Source: an uncultured Polyangiaceae bacterium (GTDB lineage: Bacteria > Myxococcota_A > Polyangia > Polyangiales > Polyangiaceae). From it: a stretch of 64,000 nt of DNA. Where the stretch lies: the NCBI GenBank assembly GCA_964577325.1, contig CAZNZA010000009.1, forward strand, positions 10,698-74,697, in the 5' to 3' direction. Positions 1 to 10,224 of the stretch are shown here, in pieces. Position 1 is the first letter of the stretch, and each line of letters begins with the position of its first letter. The notes under the pieces were generated by a model that saw nothing but the letters and a program-made list of their open reading frames with translations, ran no database searches and had not been told where the DNA came from. The position numbers and the translations under genes were made by a program.

Positions 1-52
1 CTGTGGAGGTAAGTCAGCTCGTGGAAGAACTCAGGGCTGGACGGAAGCAAGG

Positions 53-1114
53 CTAAGCAGCACTGCTGATGCCTGCGGAACTCAGGTTTTTTCTTCCCGC
101 GATGGTGCGATGTACGAAGTACAGTTTGTCCGTTACCTTCTCGCGAACGATAAATGGATATGCCTCGGCTACTCCCATACTACGGTTCAGCTCATTCAAA
201 ACCACCGAGGTTTCCGCCCAGAACTGCATGAATTTGTCAAAGCTCGCCCGCGAGACGGGTTTTCCGTCAATCACCTCGCGCGTTGCCTCGTTCACCTCCT
301 CCGTGTCAGACTGCAGACCGTGGCAAAGCGCCGTCTCCGAGGCTGAAGTCGTGTGCATGTAGTGGGCCCAACTTTCAGCCCAATCTTCCCATGGGTGCGC
401 CGCCGCGTACGGCGTCACGAAGTCCTGCTCCCATTGCGCCTCGGAATCGCCCTTGTAGTGGCGCTCGAGCGCAGCCTGGTAGTCGCAGCGTTCATCTCCG
501 AAAAGCTCCCTGAACGGCCCCTGCTGGGAAGTGCCCTCGACGAGGCGCGTGAAGTAGTAGTGGCCAATCTCGTGGCGCAGGTGTCCTAGCACCGTCCGGT
601 AGGCTTCCCCCAAGGTACAGCGTTGACGCTCGCGATGCACGGGGTCGGCTTCGTCTAGCGCTATGGTGATGACCCCGTCTGCGTGACCAATCACCACCTT
701 TTCTCCAGGTAAGGTCGCGAGCACGTCGAAGCATAAACCCGAGGCAGTGGTCTGTTTGGAAGCCACCGGTAATCTCAGCCGGCCCAATGCGTACAGGACG
801 CGACGCTTAGCGCGCTCTACCTCACCCAAACGCTCAACGTTGTGCGGGTTGGACAAGTCGGGAATCGTGCGGCTCAACGCGCACGACTCGCAGTAGGTGT
901 CCGCCTTCGCTGTAAGCCAGTTGCAGATCCCATACTGCGCGTTCTTGCATCTCAGGTAGACTTCTTTGGTGATGGGCTCGACGAATTGTTCACCTTTGCT
1001 CGCTAACATTCCATAAGGAGCCTGCCAGACGAATCCTGTTTGGGAGTCGCAGTTCAGACATTTGGTGTTTTCGAAATAGAGACGGCTTCCACACGTGCAC
1101 TTGAAGAGTTTCAT
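53..1114 (-). CDS. Zinc-ribbon / putative zinc-binding metallopeptidase
   Basis: 353-aa ORF. N-terminal Cys pairs (KCTCGSRLYFENTKCLNC) form a zinc ribbon. Central HExxH (LRHEIGHYYF). Architecture resembles the zinc_ribbon + DUF2248-type putative metallopeptidase family. Confidence 0.65.
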   Translation of the reverse strand: MKLFKCTCGSRLYFENTKCLNCDSQTGFVWQAPYGMLASKGEQFVEPITKEVYLRCKNAQYGICNWLTAKADTYCESCALSRTIPDLSNPHNVERLGEVERAKRRVLYALGRLRLPVASKQTTASGLCFDVLATLPGEKVVIGHADGVITIALDEADPVHRERQRCTLGEAYRTVLGHLRHEIGHYYFTRLVEGTSQQGPFRELFGDERCDYQAALERHYKGDSEAQWEQDFVTPYAAAHPWEDWAESWAHYMHTTSASETALCHGLQSDTEEVNEATREVIDGKPVSRASFDKFMQFWAETSVVLNELNRSMGVAEAYPFIVREKVTDKLYFVHRTIAGRKNLSSAGISSAA

Positions 1115-1301
1115 AAAGGTCTATTCTGCTCCAACGCTTGCTAGCTTCGCGCCCACTCACCACGCGCGCTTGGTGGCAGCGCAAGCATGAAACATGCCAC
1201 CGGTTGGGGCAACGAGCGGCCGTACCTGTGGCCGCCGGGCACGCGCGTTGCTTGTCTCACATCGCCAACCTACCCGAAGATCGGGCTGCCCAGAGGTCTA
1301 G

Positions 1302-2315
1302 ATGACAAACGACACTTCGACATCAGCGCGTTCGAGTACCTCCCACGTCGCGGCAGAGGTAGTGCCAAACAAGCCTCCGGAGCCGGCTCTGCCACAAGGC
1401 TGGTTCAAGCGGACGGTGTTCTTGGTCAAACAGACCGTCTCCGATTGGTCCGACGACGAGGCTTCGCGCTTAGCCGCGTCTCTTGCGTTCTATACGCTGC
1501 TTTCATTGGCGCCCCTTTTGATGCTGTCGATTGCGGTTGCCGGCTGGTTCATGGGCAGCGACGCAGCAAGTGGTGAGATAGCTCGAGAGCTCGAGGGAGT
1601 GGTTGGTCCCGCCGCTGGGCAAGCGATCGAAGAAGTGATCAGGAGCGGAGCTAGCAACGACCGCCTTGGATCCATCATTGGAGTAGGCGTTGCCTTGTTC
1701 GGTGCCTCCGGCGTCTTCGGCGAGCTACAGGTGTCGATGAATAGGGTTTGGGAGGTCCAACCCAAGCCGCAGAACGCGATACTCGAGTTTTTGCGAGCTC
1801 GCTTCTTTTCGATGACCATGGTGATGGGCGTAGCCTTTCTACTCCTTGTTTCGCTGGCAGTCAGCGCAGCACTGGCGGCCGTGCTTGCGCGCTTCAATGA
1901 GATGGTCCCCTTGCCTGGCCTGTGGATGGTGCTCAACTTCCTCATCGCCCTCTTGCTCGTGAGCCTTCTCTTTGCGCTCATCTTCAAGCTGGTGCCTGAC
2001 GTCAAAGTCGGCTGGAGAGACGTGTGGGTAGGCGCGCTAGTGACCGGTACCTTGTTCAGCATTGGCAAGATGGCCCTGGCGGCATACCTAGGCACCAGTG
2101 AAGCGGTGACCGCGTTCGGCGCCGCGGGTTCTCTCGTGGCGCTGATCGTGTGGGTCTACTACTCGGCGCAGATCATGTTCTTCGGGGCTGAGTTCACGCA
2201 GGTCTATGCGCGTTACTTCGGATCGCGAATCACGCCCAACGAGCACGCGGTCCGTGTCCGGGGGCGACAATCTAGGGCGCGCGCACAAGAACCCGTTCCT
2301 AGCAGTAGCCACTAA
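1302..2315 (+). CDS. YihY/BrkB family inner-membrane protein
   Basis: 337-aa ORF with about 6 hydrophobic segments. LAFYTLLSLAPLLML and YYSAQIMFFGAEFT-type motifs are typical of the YihY/virulence factor BrkB family. Confidence 0.8.
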   Translation: MTNDTSTSARSSTSHVAAEVVPNKPPEPALPQGWFKRTVFLVKQTVSDWSDDEASRLAASLAFYTLLSLAPLLMLSIAVAGWFMGSDAASGEIARELEGVVGPAAGQAIEEVIRSGASNDRLGSIIGVGVALFGASGVFGELQVSMNRVWEVQPKPQNAILEFLRARFFSMTMVMGVAFLLLVSLAVSAALAAVLARFNEMVPLPGLWMVLNFLIALLLVSLLFALIFKLVPDVKVGWRDVWVGALVTGTLFSIGKMALAAYLGTSEAVTAFGAAGSLVALIVWVYYSAQIMFFGAEFTQVYARYFGSRITPNEHAVRVRGRQSRARAQEPVPSSSH

Positions 2316-2323
2316 CGCCGGCG

Positions 2324-2824
2324 TCAATCGCGTTGCACGGTGCGCTCGGTCGGAGGATAAAGCGCCGGCACTAACGGTTCTAAGCGTCCTACCGCTTTCC
2401 CACCAACCATCCACGTGCACGGCGCCCACATCAGCCGTCCATCGCGAGCGATGGCAAGCTGACCGGGGAAAAATGTCGCATTTTGTGGCGGATTGACCCA
2501 CCCGCCGCGGACCCAGACCCATCGCCCCGCGCTCCATTCCCAGCAGCCATCCGCCCAGGTCAAGTCGTTGCTGGCCTGCGTCTCCTTGATTTCCTCGGGC
2601 ATTGCGGGCGGGGGCGGTGTCCCAACCTCGACCCACTCTGTCGCTCTTTCGGACGTTACCGGAGCCACATCCAAGCCAGCCCCACAAGCGGTCGCCATCA
2701 TGAGCCAGACGCCGGCGCTCATCAGCCTGAGGCCGCCGCCGATGACTTCGCTACCGACGTGCCTCGTGTTGTTAATCGAGCACCTGCCGCGCTCAACCGG
2801 GGGAACCGCTCTGGTCGCCATCAT
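2324..2824 (-). CDS. Secreted/lipoprotein with WxxGxW repeats
   Basis: 166-aa ORF. Hydrophobic leader with Cys (MSAGVWLMMATACGAG), so the probable true start is 2722. Trp-rich C-terminus with WSAGRW and WVRGGW (WxxGxW repeat pattern). Confidence 0.45.
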   Translation of the reverse strand: MMATRAVPPVERGRCSINNTRHVGSEVIGGGLRLMSAGVWLMMATACGAGLDVAPVTSERATEWVEVGTPPPPAMPEEIKETQASNDLTWADGCWEWSAGRWVWVRGGWVNPPQNATFFPGQLAIARDGRLMWAPCTWMVGGKAVGRLEPLVPALYPPTERTVQRD

Positions 2825-3084
2825 TTCTCCCTAACGCCTCGCCTAGCCCCCGGAACCGCGGGGTGCATCTAGCTGATGCAGCCTATCGGAATGCAATCCC
2901 TGCTCCAAGGCTCGCATCCCGTCGGAGAAAGCTCCTCGGACCGCGCTTGCCGGTCCACCCCGGCAACTCAACCAGCCATGGATCGCATTTTGCAGCCCCT
3001 AGCGGTCCGGCCTGCGGAAAAGTGAGAGCTGTACTTCTTTATCCTCGCGTCGCTCGCCGAAAACCCGAAGCTCCCACTCCCCAA

Positions 3085-5445
3085 ATGCGAAGCCCCTGCG
3101 CCCTGCTTTTCGGCAACCGTCGTCCCAAACTAGAGCTCACTACCCTCGCGCTTCTCGTCGTCATGCTGGCTGTCTGCGCTTGTACCGCCAAACCTTTGAA
3201 CCAGCGCTTCGTAGCCGCAGTCGACGTCGAGGGCAACGATGAGCTTGGTGCGAGCGAGATCACTGAAAATTTGGCTACGCGAGCCACGCCCAAATTCGCT
3301 TGGCTCGTGCGCGGCTTGTTCTACGACTACGAAACCTACAACCCACACGTCCTGGCGCGCGACTTGTTGCGCATTCGGCGCTTGTACCACGCACATGGTT
3401 TCCATCATGTCCAGGTCACGGCGGGACGCGTCATACTCATAGACGACGACCGGGTGAATGTAACCTTGGTCATCGACGAGGGTCCTCAAACCCTGGTTAG
3501 CGCGGTCCGAATTTCTGGAATGGAAGACCTTCGCGACGGCGCCGACACCGTTGCCACGGATGCCTTCCTGAGTGAGGTCCCGCACGAAAGCGAATACAAT
3601 GAAACACGCTTGAAGGAAGCGAGCGACTTGCTAGCCCGGAGCTTGCAAGATCGCGGCTACGCCTACGCCAAGGCCGAGTTTTCCGTGCAAGTCGACCTCC
3701 CGCACAGCTTGGCACAAGTTACCGTTCGCGTGGAACCGGGACCAAAAGTGACACTGGGCAACATTGAACTGCGAGGTTTTCGCAAGATCCCCAAACATAT
3801 CGTGCGAGGCATGTTGAATTTGAGGAGCGGCAATCTCTATCGCCGAAGCGAATTCGTGGAGGCCGAGCAAGAGCTCATCAGCCTGGGCGTCTTCAATAGT
3901 GTGACGGTAAAGCTCGCCCTGGATCCATCATCACGCTCGCCTGGCGGTGAGGATAAAGACGGCGCAAACACCTCCGCTCCTTCCACTTCTTCCTCCTCAA
4001 TGGGCAAGTTGGACTCCGACACGGCTGACTCCGACACGGCTGACTCCGACACGGCTGACTCCGACACGGCTGACTCCGACACGGCTGAACCCGACACGGC
4101 TGAATCCGACACGGCTGAATCCGACACGGCTGACTCCGAAGGCGCGGGTGATGCCACGTCAGAGGAGGCAAAGCTACTGAGCCGAAAGGAGCTCGTGGTT
4201 CCGGTCGTCATCGAAGTGCAACAGTCGAAGCTGCGTTCCCTGACGCTCGGTGGAGGTATCGAAGCCGATATCATCAAGTCGGGTGTCCACCTCAGCGGCT
4301 CGTGGCGCGACCAAAACATGTTGGGGGGGTTGCGCGACTTCTCAGTCACGGTGACGCCCGGCGTAGCGTTCTACCCCACGCGCGTTCCCGAATTCGCCGC
4401 CCCAGATCACTACCTCCCACAAGTCAATACCCAGGTGCGATTCTCTCAACCTGGGATCCCCGAGCGCAGGACGAAGACTATCGCGTCAGTGAACTACGAC
4501 ATTTATCCAGTGCTACTCACGCCCGACCCTGCAGACGATGCTCCCATCATAGGGTATCGCGAGCTGCGCGGACGCGTGGGACTCGAACGCAAGTTCGGCC
4601 CGTTCGGACTGGTTCCGAGTTACAATCTCCAAGCCGGCGTACCGTTTGCCTATGTTGGTAACCTGGCAGCGACGGCAACGAGCGTGTACATCAGCTATGT
4701 CGAGTTATTGGCCGACATAGACTTGCGCGACAATCGCATCAGTCCCACTTCAGGCATGTTCGCTTCGACGACGTTTCAGTTTGCGGGTCTTGGCGGCAGC
4801 GCCCGTGATATCCGCATCGAGCCGGAAGTGCGCGGCTACGTACCGGTGGTGCGAGACAAGAGCGGTTTGGCTGGCCGCCTGAAGTTCGGCTTCCTGTTTC
4901 CGTTCAACTACGACACGCCCCAGGGCGACGGGGAAATCACGGTTGAGGACACGCAGATTTCCTTCTTTCGGTCCTTCTTTTCTGGCGGTCCTCAATCGAA
5001 CCGCGGTTATCCCTTTCGAGGGGTAGGTCCACACGGTGCAGTCGAGTTTTTCTACCCCACCTACGAGCAAGCCGTGCAGGGTGTGGATTGCAGTAGCCCT
5101 GACTCCAGCTCTACCCCCGAGTGCTCGATTCCCCTGGGTGGGCAAACCCTTTGGGAAGCGAGTCTGGAATTCAGGTTTACAATCAGCGGTCCCTTTACTG
5201 CAGCGCTGTTCTGCGATGCCAGTGACGTCGAGGAAGGGGCTGACTGGCCCGGCTTCATGCGTCCGCACTTGTCCTGTGGCCTGGGACCTCGCTACGACAC
5301 CCCCGTTGGTCCCATTCGGTTGGATGTCGGCTACCGCATTCCGGGACTTCAAGTGCTAGGGGGTCGCTCTCGCAATGAAGGTCCGGCCGAGGACGTGTTG
5401 GGGTTGCCAATCAATATTTCGTTCGGCGTCGGAGAGGCCTTCTAA
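3085..5445 (+). CDS. Omp85-family outer-membrane protein (TamA/BamA-like) with POTRA domains and an acidic repeat linker
   Basis: The ORF runs 2863-5445. ATG 3085 is preferred because a signal-like MRSPCALLF...LLVVMLAVCAC follows it. POTRA-like segments (VDVEGNDELGASEI, VRISGMEDL, IELRGFRKIPKHIVRGML). C-terminal beta-barrel with alternating pattern ending ...ISFGVGEAF. The stop abuts the start of the TamB-like gene (TAAATG). Confidence 0.75.
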   Translation: MRSPCALLFGNRRPKLELTTLALLVVMLAVCACTAKPLNQRFVAAVDVEGNDELGASEITENLATRATPKFAWLVRGLFYDYETYNPHVLARDLLRIRRLYHAHGFHHVQVTAGRVILIDDDRVNVTLVIDEGPQTLVSAVRISGMEDLRDGADTVATDAFLSEVPHESEYNETRLKEASDLLARSLQDRGYAYAKAEFSVQVDLPHSLAQVTVRVEPGPKVTLGNIELRGFRKIPKHIVRGMLNLRSGNLYRRSEFVEAEQELISLGVFNSVTVKLALDPSSRSPGGEDKDGANTSAPSTSSSSMGKLDSDTADSDTADSDTADSDTADSDTAEPDTAESDTAESDTADSEGAGDATSEEAKLLSRKELVVPVVIEVQQSKLRSLTLGGGIEADIIKSGVHLSGSWRDQNMLGGLRDFSVTVTPGVAFYPTRVPEFAAPDHYLPQVNTQVRFSQPGIPERRTKTIASVNYDIYPVLLTPDPADDAPIIGYRELRGRVGLERKFGPFGLVPSYNLQAGVPFAYVGNLAATATSVYISYVELLADIDLRDNRISPTSGMFASTTFQFAGLGGSARDIRIEPEVRGYVPVVRDKSGLAGRLKFGFLFPFNYDTPQGDGEITVEDTQISFFRSFFSGGPQSNRGYPFRGVGPHGAVEFFYPTYEQAVQGVDCSSPDSSSTPECSIPLGGQTLWEASLEFRFTISGPFTAALFCDASDVEEGADWPGFMRPHLSCGLGPRYDTPVGPIRLDVGYRIPGLQVLGGRSRNEGPAEDVLGLPINISFGVGEAF
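4012..4140. repeat. 15-bp in-frame tandem repeat (about 8.6 copies; gactccgacacggct), encoding (D/E)(S/P)DTA
   Basis: Read directly: five identical copies of gactccgacacggct. These are followed by gaacccgacacggct, 2x gaatccgacacggct and a partial copy. Translates as DSDTA x5, EPDTA, ESDTA x2, DSE inside the TamA-like CDS. Confidence 0.95.
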
Positions 5446-8400
5446 ATGGGCAAGCGCGTTAAAAATGTCCTGCGTCTGTTCGGCAAGGGTATTGCCTATC
5501 TCGTCGCCTCCCTGGCTGCTTTGCTGGCCATTGCGCTCCTTGCGTTGCAAACGCCGTGGGCCAAAGCCTGGATCGCCGACCTGCTCACGACTCAGGTAAG
5601 CAAAGCGGTCCATGGACAGGTCGAGGTGTCTTTGAACGGCCACATCAGTCCACTCGGAGTTTCGGGGGTAACGGCGCGAGTGCTTGCAGAGGGCGCAGCC
5701 AGCGAAGCGGCGCCGCTTGCCGCGGTAGAGAACGTCTCAGCCGAGTTGAACCTGTGGGGTCTACTACAGTCATTGATGAGCGCGGGTCCGCTCACCCTAG
5801 ACATACACAGCGTTGAATTGCGGAGGTTGATGGTGGACCTGCGCTCTGATGCCGAAGGAAACCTGGCACTGACTAAAGCATTGACACCCCATCCCTCCGA
5901 GCCAGCTCCTGACAGCGGAGGGCCGGCACCGGTCATCCGCCTGCAGCGCTTCACCTTGGGGCGTGCACGCATTCTGTTGCCCGAAACTGATGCCGATGCC
6001 CGTGATGGAGCGCGCGCCGAAGCCGTTCTAGACGAGCTGGAAGCAAGCGTCCTGTTCGACGAGAGACTGCTGGCAATCGTCACTTTGCCGGCTTTCTCCG
6101 TCCCCCTGCCAGACGGCAGCGCACGCGCCGAAGGAGCGATCGACGCGTGGCTACACATGGACGCAGCAGGTATTCCGTCGGCCAAAGCCACGCTGAAGGC
6201 ACGGGTGGGGCAGTTGCCCATCCATGTCCACGGGAGTTACCATGACGAAAATTGGAAGGCGGTGCTGACGACGGGCGGTTCTGCTTCCGACTGGCAGAGC
6301 GTGGGCGTGGGCTGGGCCCCAACGAACCATCTAGAAGCCAAGATAGATGCCAGAGGTGATCTGGAGGCGGCCGACATAGACGTTCGCGTAACGAGCGGCC
6401 CTTCGCTGGTTGGCCTCGACGCAAAGGTGGGCTTTGCACCGCTGCGAGCGAATGGAAGGTTGACTGGCAGCCAGGTCCAACCCGCGCGTCTACTCGCACA
6501 GGCGCCGGAGGGTCAGTTGAATTTCGAAGCGCGATTTGCCGCAGAGGCAGAACCCTTGAGTGCCACTCTGGACTTGTCGGTGCGGAGAAGCTCTCTCACT
6601 GGGCATACTGTCCCAGATCTAGATATCCAGGCGGAGCTCAACCAGTCGCAAGTCGAATTCCAATTGAACGCGCGCGATGCGTCCAAACTCTCTGTGACGG
6701 GAGAGGCCCAGATGAGCCCGGAGACAATCTCCTTCGCCGTCAAGGGCAATGCCGAGAGCCTACCCGAAGCGCCGTCTCTGTCTCAGCTTCAGCTGGTTCG
6801 TATCCATCGCCTCGACTTGGATACCAGCGGCACGTGGTCAACCGAGGCGTCGACGTTGAACGCAGACGTGCGCTTGAACGTACAGCGCCTGCGGCTTCCC
6901 ACGTTGCCGCTCTCTGCTACGGGTATATCGGCAACGATGAACGTGAGCGGCTCGCCGCAACAACCGAAACTGGATGGTCTGCTGAGCGTGAAGGACCTAA
7001 GCCTGCAGCAGTACCGGGTGTCGGACCTGCAGCTGCGGGCTGGAACGGCCCAGGACGACTCTGTGCTTCACGCGGCCGCGACGGTTAGGCTCACGAGGGA
7101 TGGGCCGCCTCGAGAGTTAGCGACTCGGGCGAGGCTCGTCTCTATCTCCCCCCTCGATGCGCGAGACATTCGGCTAGGCATGACGGGAGCCGGGCATGCT
7201 ATGGACTTGACGGTCGCGCGCTTGCACGCAGGAGACGCATTGACCGTCGACCAGCTTCACGTCACTGGTGTCGGCGAAGCTCGAGGACGAGTCGAGGTCG
7301 CTGGCGCGAAGGTGGGCGCACAGCTAGTCATCGAGGACTTGGCGCTACCCGCTCTATCGCAGCTGTTCACTCCACTGCTACCCGACATGCGAGGAGCACT
7401 GACCGCCAGTTTGGCAATTCAACTCGACGGCCAGCGGATACGTTCCGGTCACTTGTACTCACAAGGCAATGACATGGGCATTGCATCGTCGACCATCGAC
7501 CGTCTGATGACGTCGCTGGTCTTAGAAAACGATAAGTTATCGGGTAGCGCTGAGCTCAGACGGGCTGGGAGCCTCGTACGGTTGGACGCTCGGCAGCTCG
7601 ACCTGGTGTCTCTACGTGAACTGGCAGCCAGTGACAAAGCAACGCTCACGCCACGTAGCATGTCGGGGTACGCCGTGTTGACCGCTCGCGCCCACATGGC
7701 CGATTTTCCAGAGCTCGAGGCTGCTTTGGGCGAGTTGCACGCGGAGGGGTCCATACAAGCATCCGTAGCCGTACACCAGACGAAGAACCTTCCGCTAACG
7801 GTAAGCTCCATCATTCGCTTGACCGATCTCGAGCTTCGCCAACTGACCACGGAAGAGGTAGCTCGCGACAGGAGCGCCGACACAGACGCCCGCTACGTCC
7901 TGGTTGACGCACGGGAAGACCAAGAGGCTGCGCCTGAATGGTCGGTACAACGCGTTTCTGCAGATTTGGCCAGCCGCTATGACGGCCGAAGCGGCAATTG
8001 GGCAAACTCACTCCTGGTGCGCAACAGCGATAACCCTCAACCAATACTCGGTGCCTCTTTTGCCACGCAGATACCGCTCGCGCGCCTCGCTTCCCTGGAC
8101 CAGGCGTCGCTTTCCAAGCTCCCCGTCCGGGGCTCGTTGAGCATTCCAAAAACGAGCTTGGACAAGCTACCCCTTTCTTCGGTGGTGCCGACTGGTATCG
8201 AAGCAGAAGTCGGTGGCGAGGTGACGGTCACGGGCACTGTTGCTGCCCCGCATGCGGTGGTTTCTCTGAATTTGGACGACTTGCACGTCAGTTCACTGGA
8301 GGCCTCCTACCCCATCTCCGTGGCATTGAAAGCCGATGCTTCACCGGACTTGGTGGACGCCACGGTTCGGCTCGAGCACGAAGGACGAATCGTGGCTCGA

Positions 8401-10086
8401 GCCGATGTCGAAGGACAACCTCGCGCGAGCACCTGGCGCGTGGGCGCGTCCATCGACGACATGCCTCTCGGCTGCGTTCCCTTCCTCCGAGACTATGGCG
8501 TAGACGGCTCACTGTCGGGTGAGGTAGCACTTGACAGCCGTAGTGAGGCCCCGGTTCTCACGGCCGAACTCGCGGCGCAGGACATCGAAGCGTATGGGGA
8601 GAAGATGCCGCTGGTGTCGCTGACAGCCGAACTGCGAGATGGCACCGGCCAGGTGCGAGCCGACTTGCGCCAAGCGGAGGGAAGAGCCCAAGTAGACCTA
8701 TTGACGAGGAGTCTTACCGGTGAGCTTGGGGATTACCGACCGATACAGCTGGATCTCACTGCCGAGAAGTTTCAGGTCCGGCCACTGATGGTAGCGCTAC
8801 AAGGAGCGGTGAGCGATCTGTCCGGACTTTTGGCGGGCAGGCTGCGTGTAAACTTTGAGAAAGCAACCACGGAAGCCGAAGGCGAAATTCGTCTCACCGA
8901 GGGCCTCGTGCTCATTCCGGCCTTTGGGAAGGAAGTGCGGGATATCCAGGTCACGGCGCGCGCAAAACCTGGCAGTCTGGACATCACGACGATTGAAGCC
9001 AACGTCCAGCGCGGGCGGTTGTCGGGAACGGGTCGTATCAAGTACGCAGCCGGAGGGCGTTTCTTGGCAGAAGCAGAGCTCGAGCTGCCGGAAGACCGAC
9101 CCTTGCCCATATCGAATCAGGGGCGGGATGTGGCAGAGGCCTCGGGTCGCATTCGTCTCGCTGCTAAAAGCAGTGGTCCCGAGGACGAGATCGATGTGAC
9201 CATCTCGATTCCTAAGCTCGACGTATACTTCTCGGACTCGCTTGGCGACTCGGTGATGGCGACCGAACCACCGGACTTCGTCTCGCTCGGTTACTTCACC
9301 CACGATGGCCACTTCGTCAGCTATTCCCAGCGGGAGGAGGAGGCAGTGACCACGAGTTCAAAACCCACGGTTGTACACGTCGCGCTGGGGGATGAGGTGT
9401 GGTTGCATCAAGGCACCAGCACGTTTGCGGCTGTTCGCGGAGACATAACAGCCGAACTCGGCAACGAAATGCGCGTTACGGGAGCTTTGAACTTGGCAGA
9501 GGGTCGTATCGACATTCAGGGACGTGTTTTTGACGTCCGACCAGGTTCAATAACCTTTCGCGGGCTAACGCCGCCCAACCCGGACATCATTGCAGAGGCT
9601 GCATGGCCTTCGCCATCCGGCTACACCATCATCGCGGCTTATCGTGGCTCGATTGAGAGCGGCGAGATCATTTTGCGCAGCGAGCCCCCGCTCACGTATG
9701 GAGAGATCCTCAACGTCCTTCTGTTCGATGATCCTCAAGGGGACACGGACTCGGAAGGCTCACCCGGCGGAGCGAGCGCCGTCGCGGCTAGTGTAGCAAG
9801 CGCGGGCTTGAGTAGTTCGCTCACTAGTCTCACTAACTTGGACATCCAGGCCAACATCGAGACTACTGTCGATGGTTCGCCACGACCCGAGCTGGGGGTG
9901 CGGCTCAGTCCGCGCCTCGCCGTCGAGGTGGCATACAACGTAGAGCCGACGACCACGCTTTCGGAGCCCCCCGACAACGCCTTCGTCTCATTCGATTGGC
10001 GTCTGTCGAGTAGCTGGTCGTTGCAGTCCACCTTCGGAGACAAAGGCTCAGCGGCGGCGGACGTAGCTTGGAGATACCGCTATTGA
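5446..10086 (+). CDS. TamB-like translocation and assembly module protein (DUF490-type C-terminus)
   Basis: 1546-aa ORF. N-terminal membrane anchor (IAYLVASLAALLAIALLAL). Very long beta-rich repetitive body. C-terminus ...SLQSTFGDKGSAAADVAWRYRY is typical of the TamB/DUF490 family. It lies immediately downstream of the Omp85 gene. Confidence 0.75.
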   Translation: MGKRVKNVLRLFGKGIAYLVASLAALLAIALLALQTPWAKAWIADLLTTQVSKAVHGQVEVSLNGHISPLGVSGVTARVLAEGAASEAAPLAAVENVSAELNLWGLLQSLMSAGPLTLDIHSVELRRLMVDLRSDAEGNLALTKALTPHPSEPAPDSGGPAPVIRLQRFTLGRARILLPETDADARDGARAEAVLDELEASVLFDERLLAIVTLPAFSVPLPDGSARAEGAIDAWLHMDAAGIPSAKATLKARVGQLPIHVHGSYHDENWKAVLTTGGSASDWQSVGVGWAPTNHLEAKIDARGDLEAADIDVRVTSGPSLVGLDAKVGFAPLRANGRLTGSQVQPARLLAQAPEGQLNFEARFAAEAEPLSATLDLSVRRSSLTGHTVPDLDIQAELNQSQVEFQLNARDASKLSVTGEAQMSPETISFAVKGNAESLPEAPSLSQLQLVRIHRLDLDTSGTWSTEASTLNADVRLNVQRLRLPTLPLSATGISATMNVSGSPQQPKLDGLLSVKDLSLQQYRVSDLQLRAGTAQDDSVLHAAATVRLTRDGPPRELATRARLVSISPLDARDIRLGMTGAGHAMDLTVARLHAGDALTVDQLHVTGVGEARGRVEVAGAKVGAQLVIEDLALPALSQLFTPLLPDMRGALTASLAIQLDGQRIRSGHLYSQGNDMGIASSTIDRLMTSLVLENDKLSGSAELRRAGSLVRLDARQLDLVSLRELAASDKATLTPRSMSGYAVLTARAHMADFPELEAALGELHAEGSIQASVAVHQTKNLPLTVSSIIRLTDLELRQLTTEEVARDRSADTDARYVLVDAREDQEAAPEWSVQRVSADLASRYDGRSGNWANSLLVRNSDNPQPILGASFATQIPLARLASLDQASLSKLPVRGSLSIPKTSLDKLPLSSVVPTGIEAEVGGEVTVTGTVAAPHAVVSLNLDDLHVSSLEASYPISVALKADASPDLVDATVRLEHEGRIVARADVEGQPRASTWRVGASIDDMPLGCVPFLRDYGVDGSLSGEVALDSRSEAPVLTAELAAQDIEAYGEKMPLVSLTAELRDGTGQVRADLRQAEGRAQVDLLTRSLTGELGDYRPIQLDLTAEKFQVRPLMVALQGAVSDLSGLLAGRLRVNFEKATTEAEGEIRLTEGLVLIPAFGKEVRDIQVTARAKPGSLDITTIEANVQRGRLSGTGRIKYAAGGRFLAEAELELPEDRPLPISNQGRDVAEASGRIRLAAKSSGPEDEIDVTISIPKLDVYFSDSLGDSVMATEPPDFVSLGYFTHDGHFVSYSQREEEAVTTSSKPTVVHVALGDEVWLHQGTSTFAAVRGDITAELGNEMRVTGALNLAEGRIDIQGRVFDVRPGSITFRGLTPPNPDIIAEAAWPSPSGYTIIAAYRGSIESGEIILRSEPPLTYGEILNVLLFDDPQGDTDSEGSPGGASAVAASVASAGLSSSLTSLTNLDIQANIETTVDGSPRPELGVRLSPRLAVEVAYNVEPTTTLSEPPDNAFVSFDWRLSSSWSLQSTFGDKGSAAADVAWRYRY

Positions 10087-10224
10087 CCAAGCGACGCTGG
10101 ACAAGCGAACGCTGTCGGCGCGAGGCAGCGTCATCGACACAAAGTTCCCCCCTCCTCGCGCGCAGCCGCACGAGACGGACGAGCGAGCGCGAGCAGGCTC
10201 GTCCCCCTCACGCTCGAACCGCTC

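Noticed and set aside
3837-4349. Minus-strand ORFs with SAVSE/QPCR repeats, and the plus-strand TRLTP-repeat ORF (3947-4180)
   Set aside because: These are alternative-frame or antisense read-throughs of the 15-bp tandem repeat inside the TamA-like CDS. The repeat periodicity keeps all frames open.
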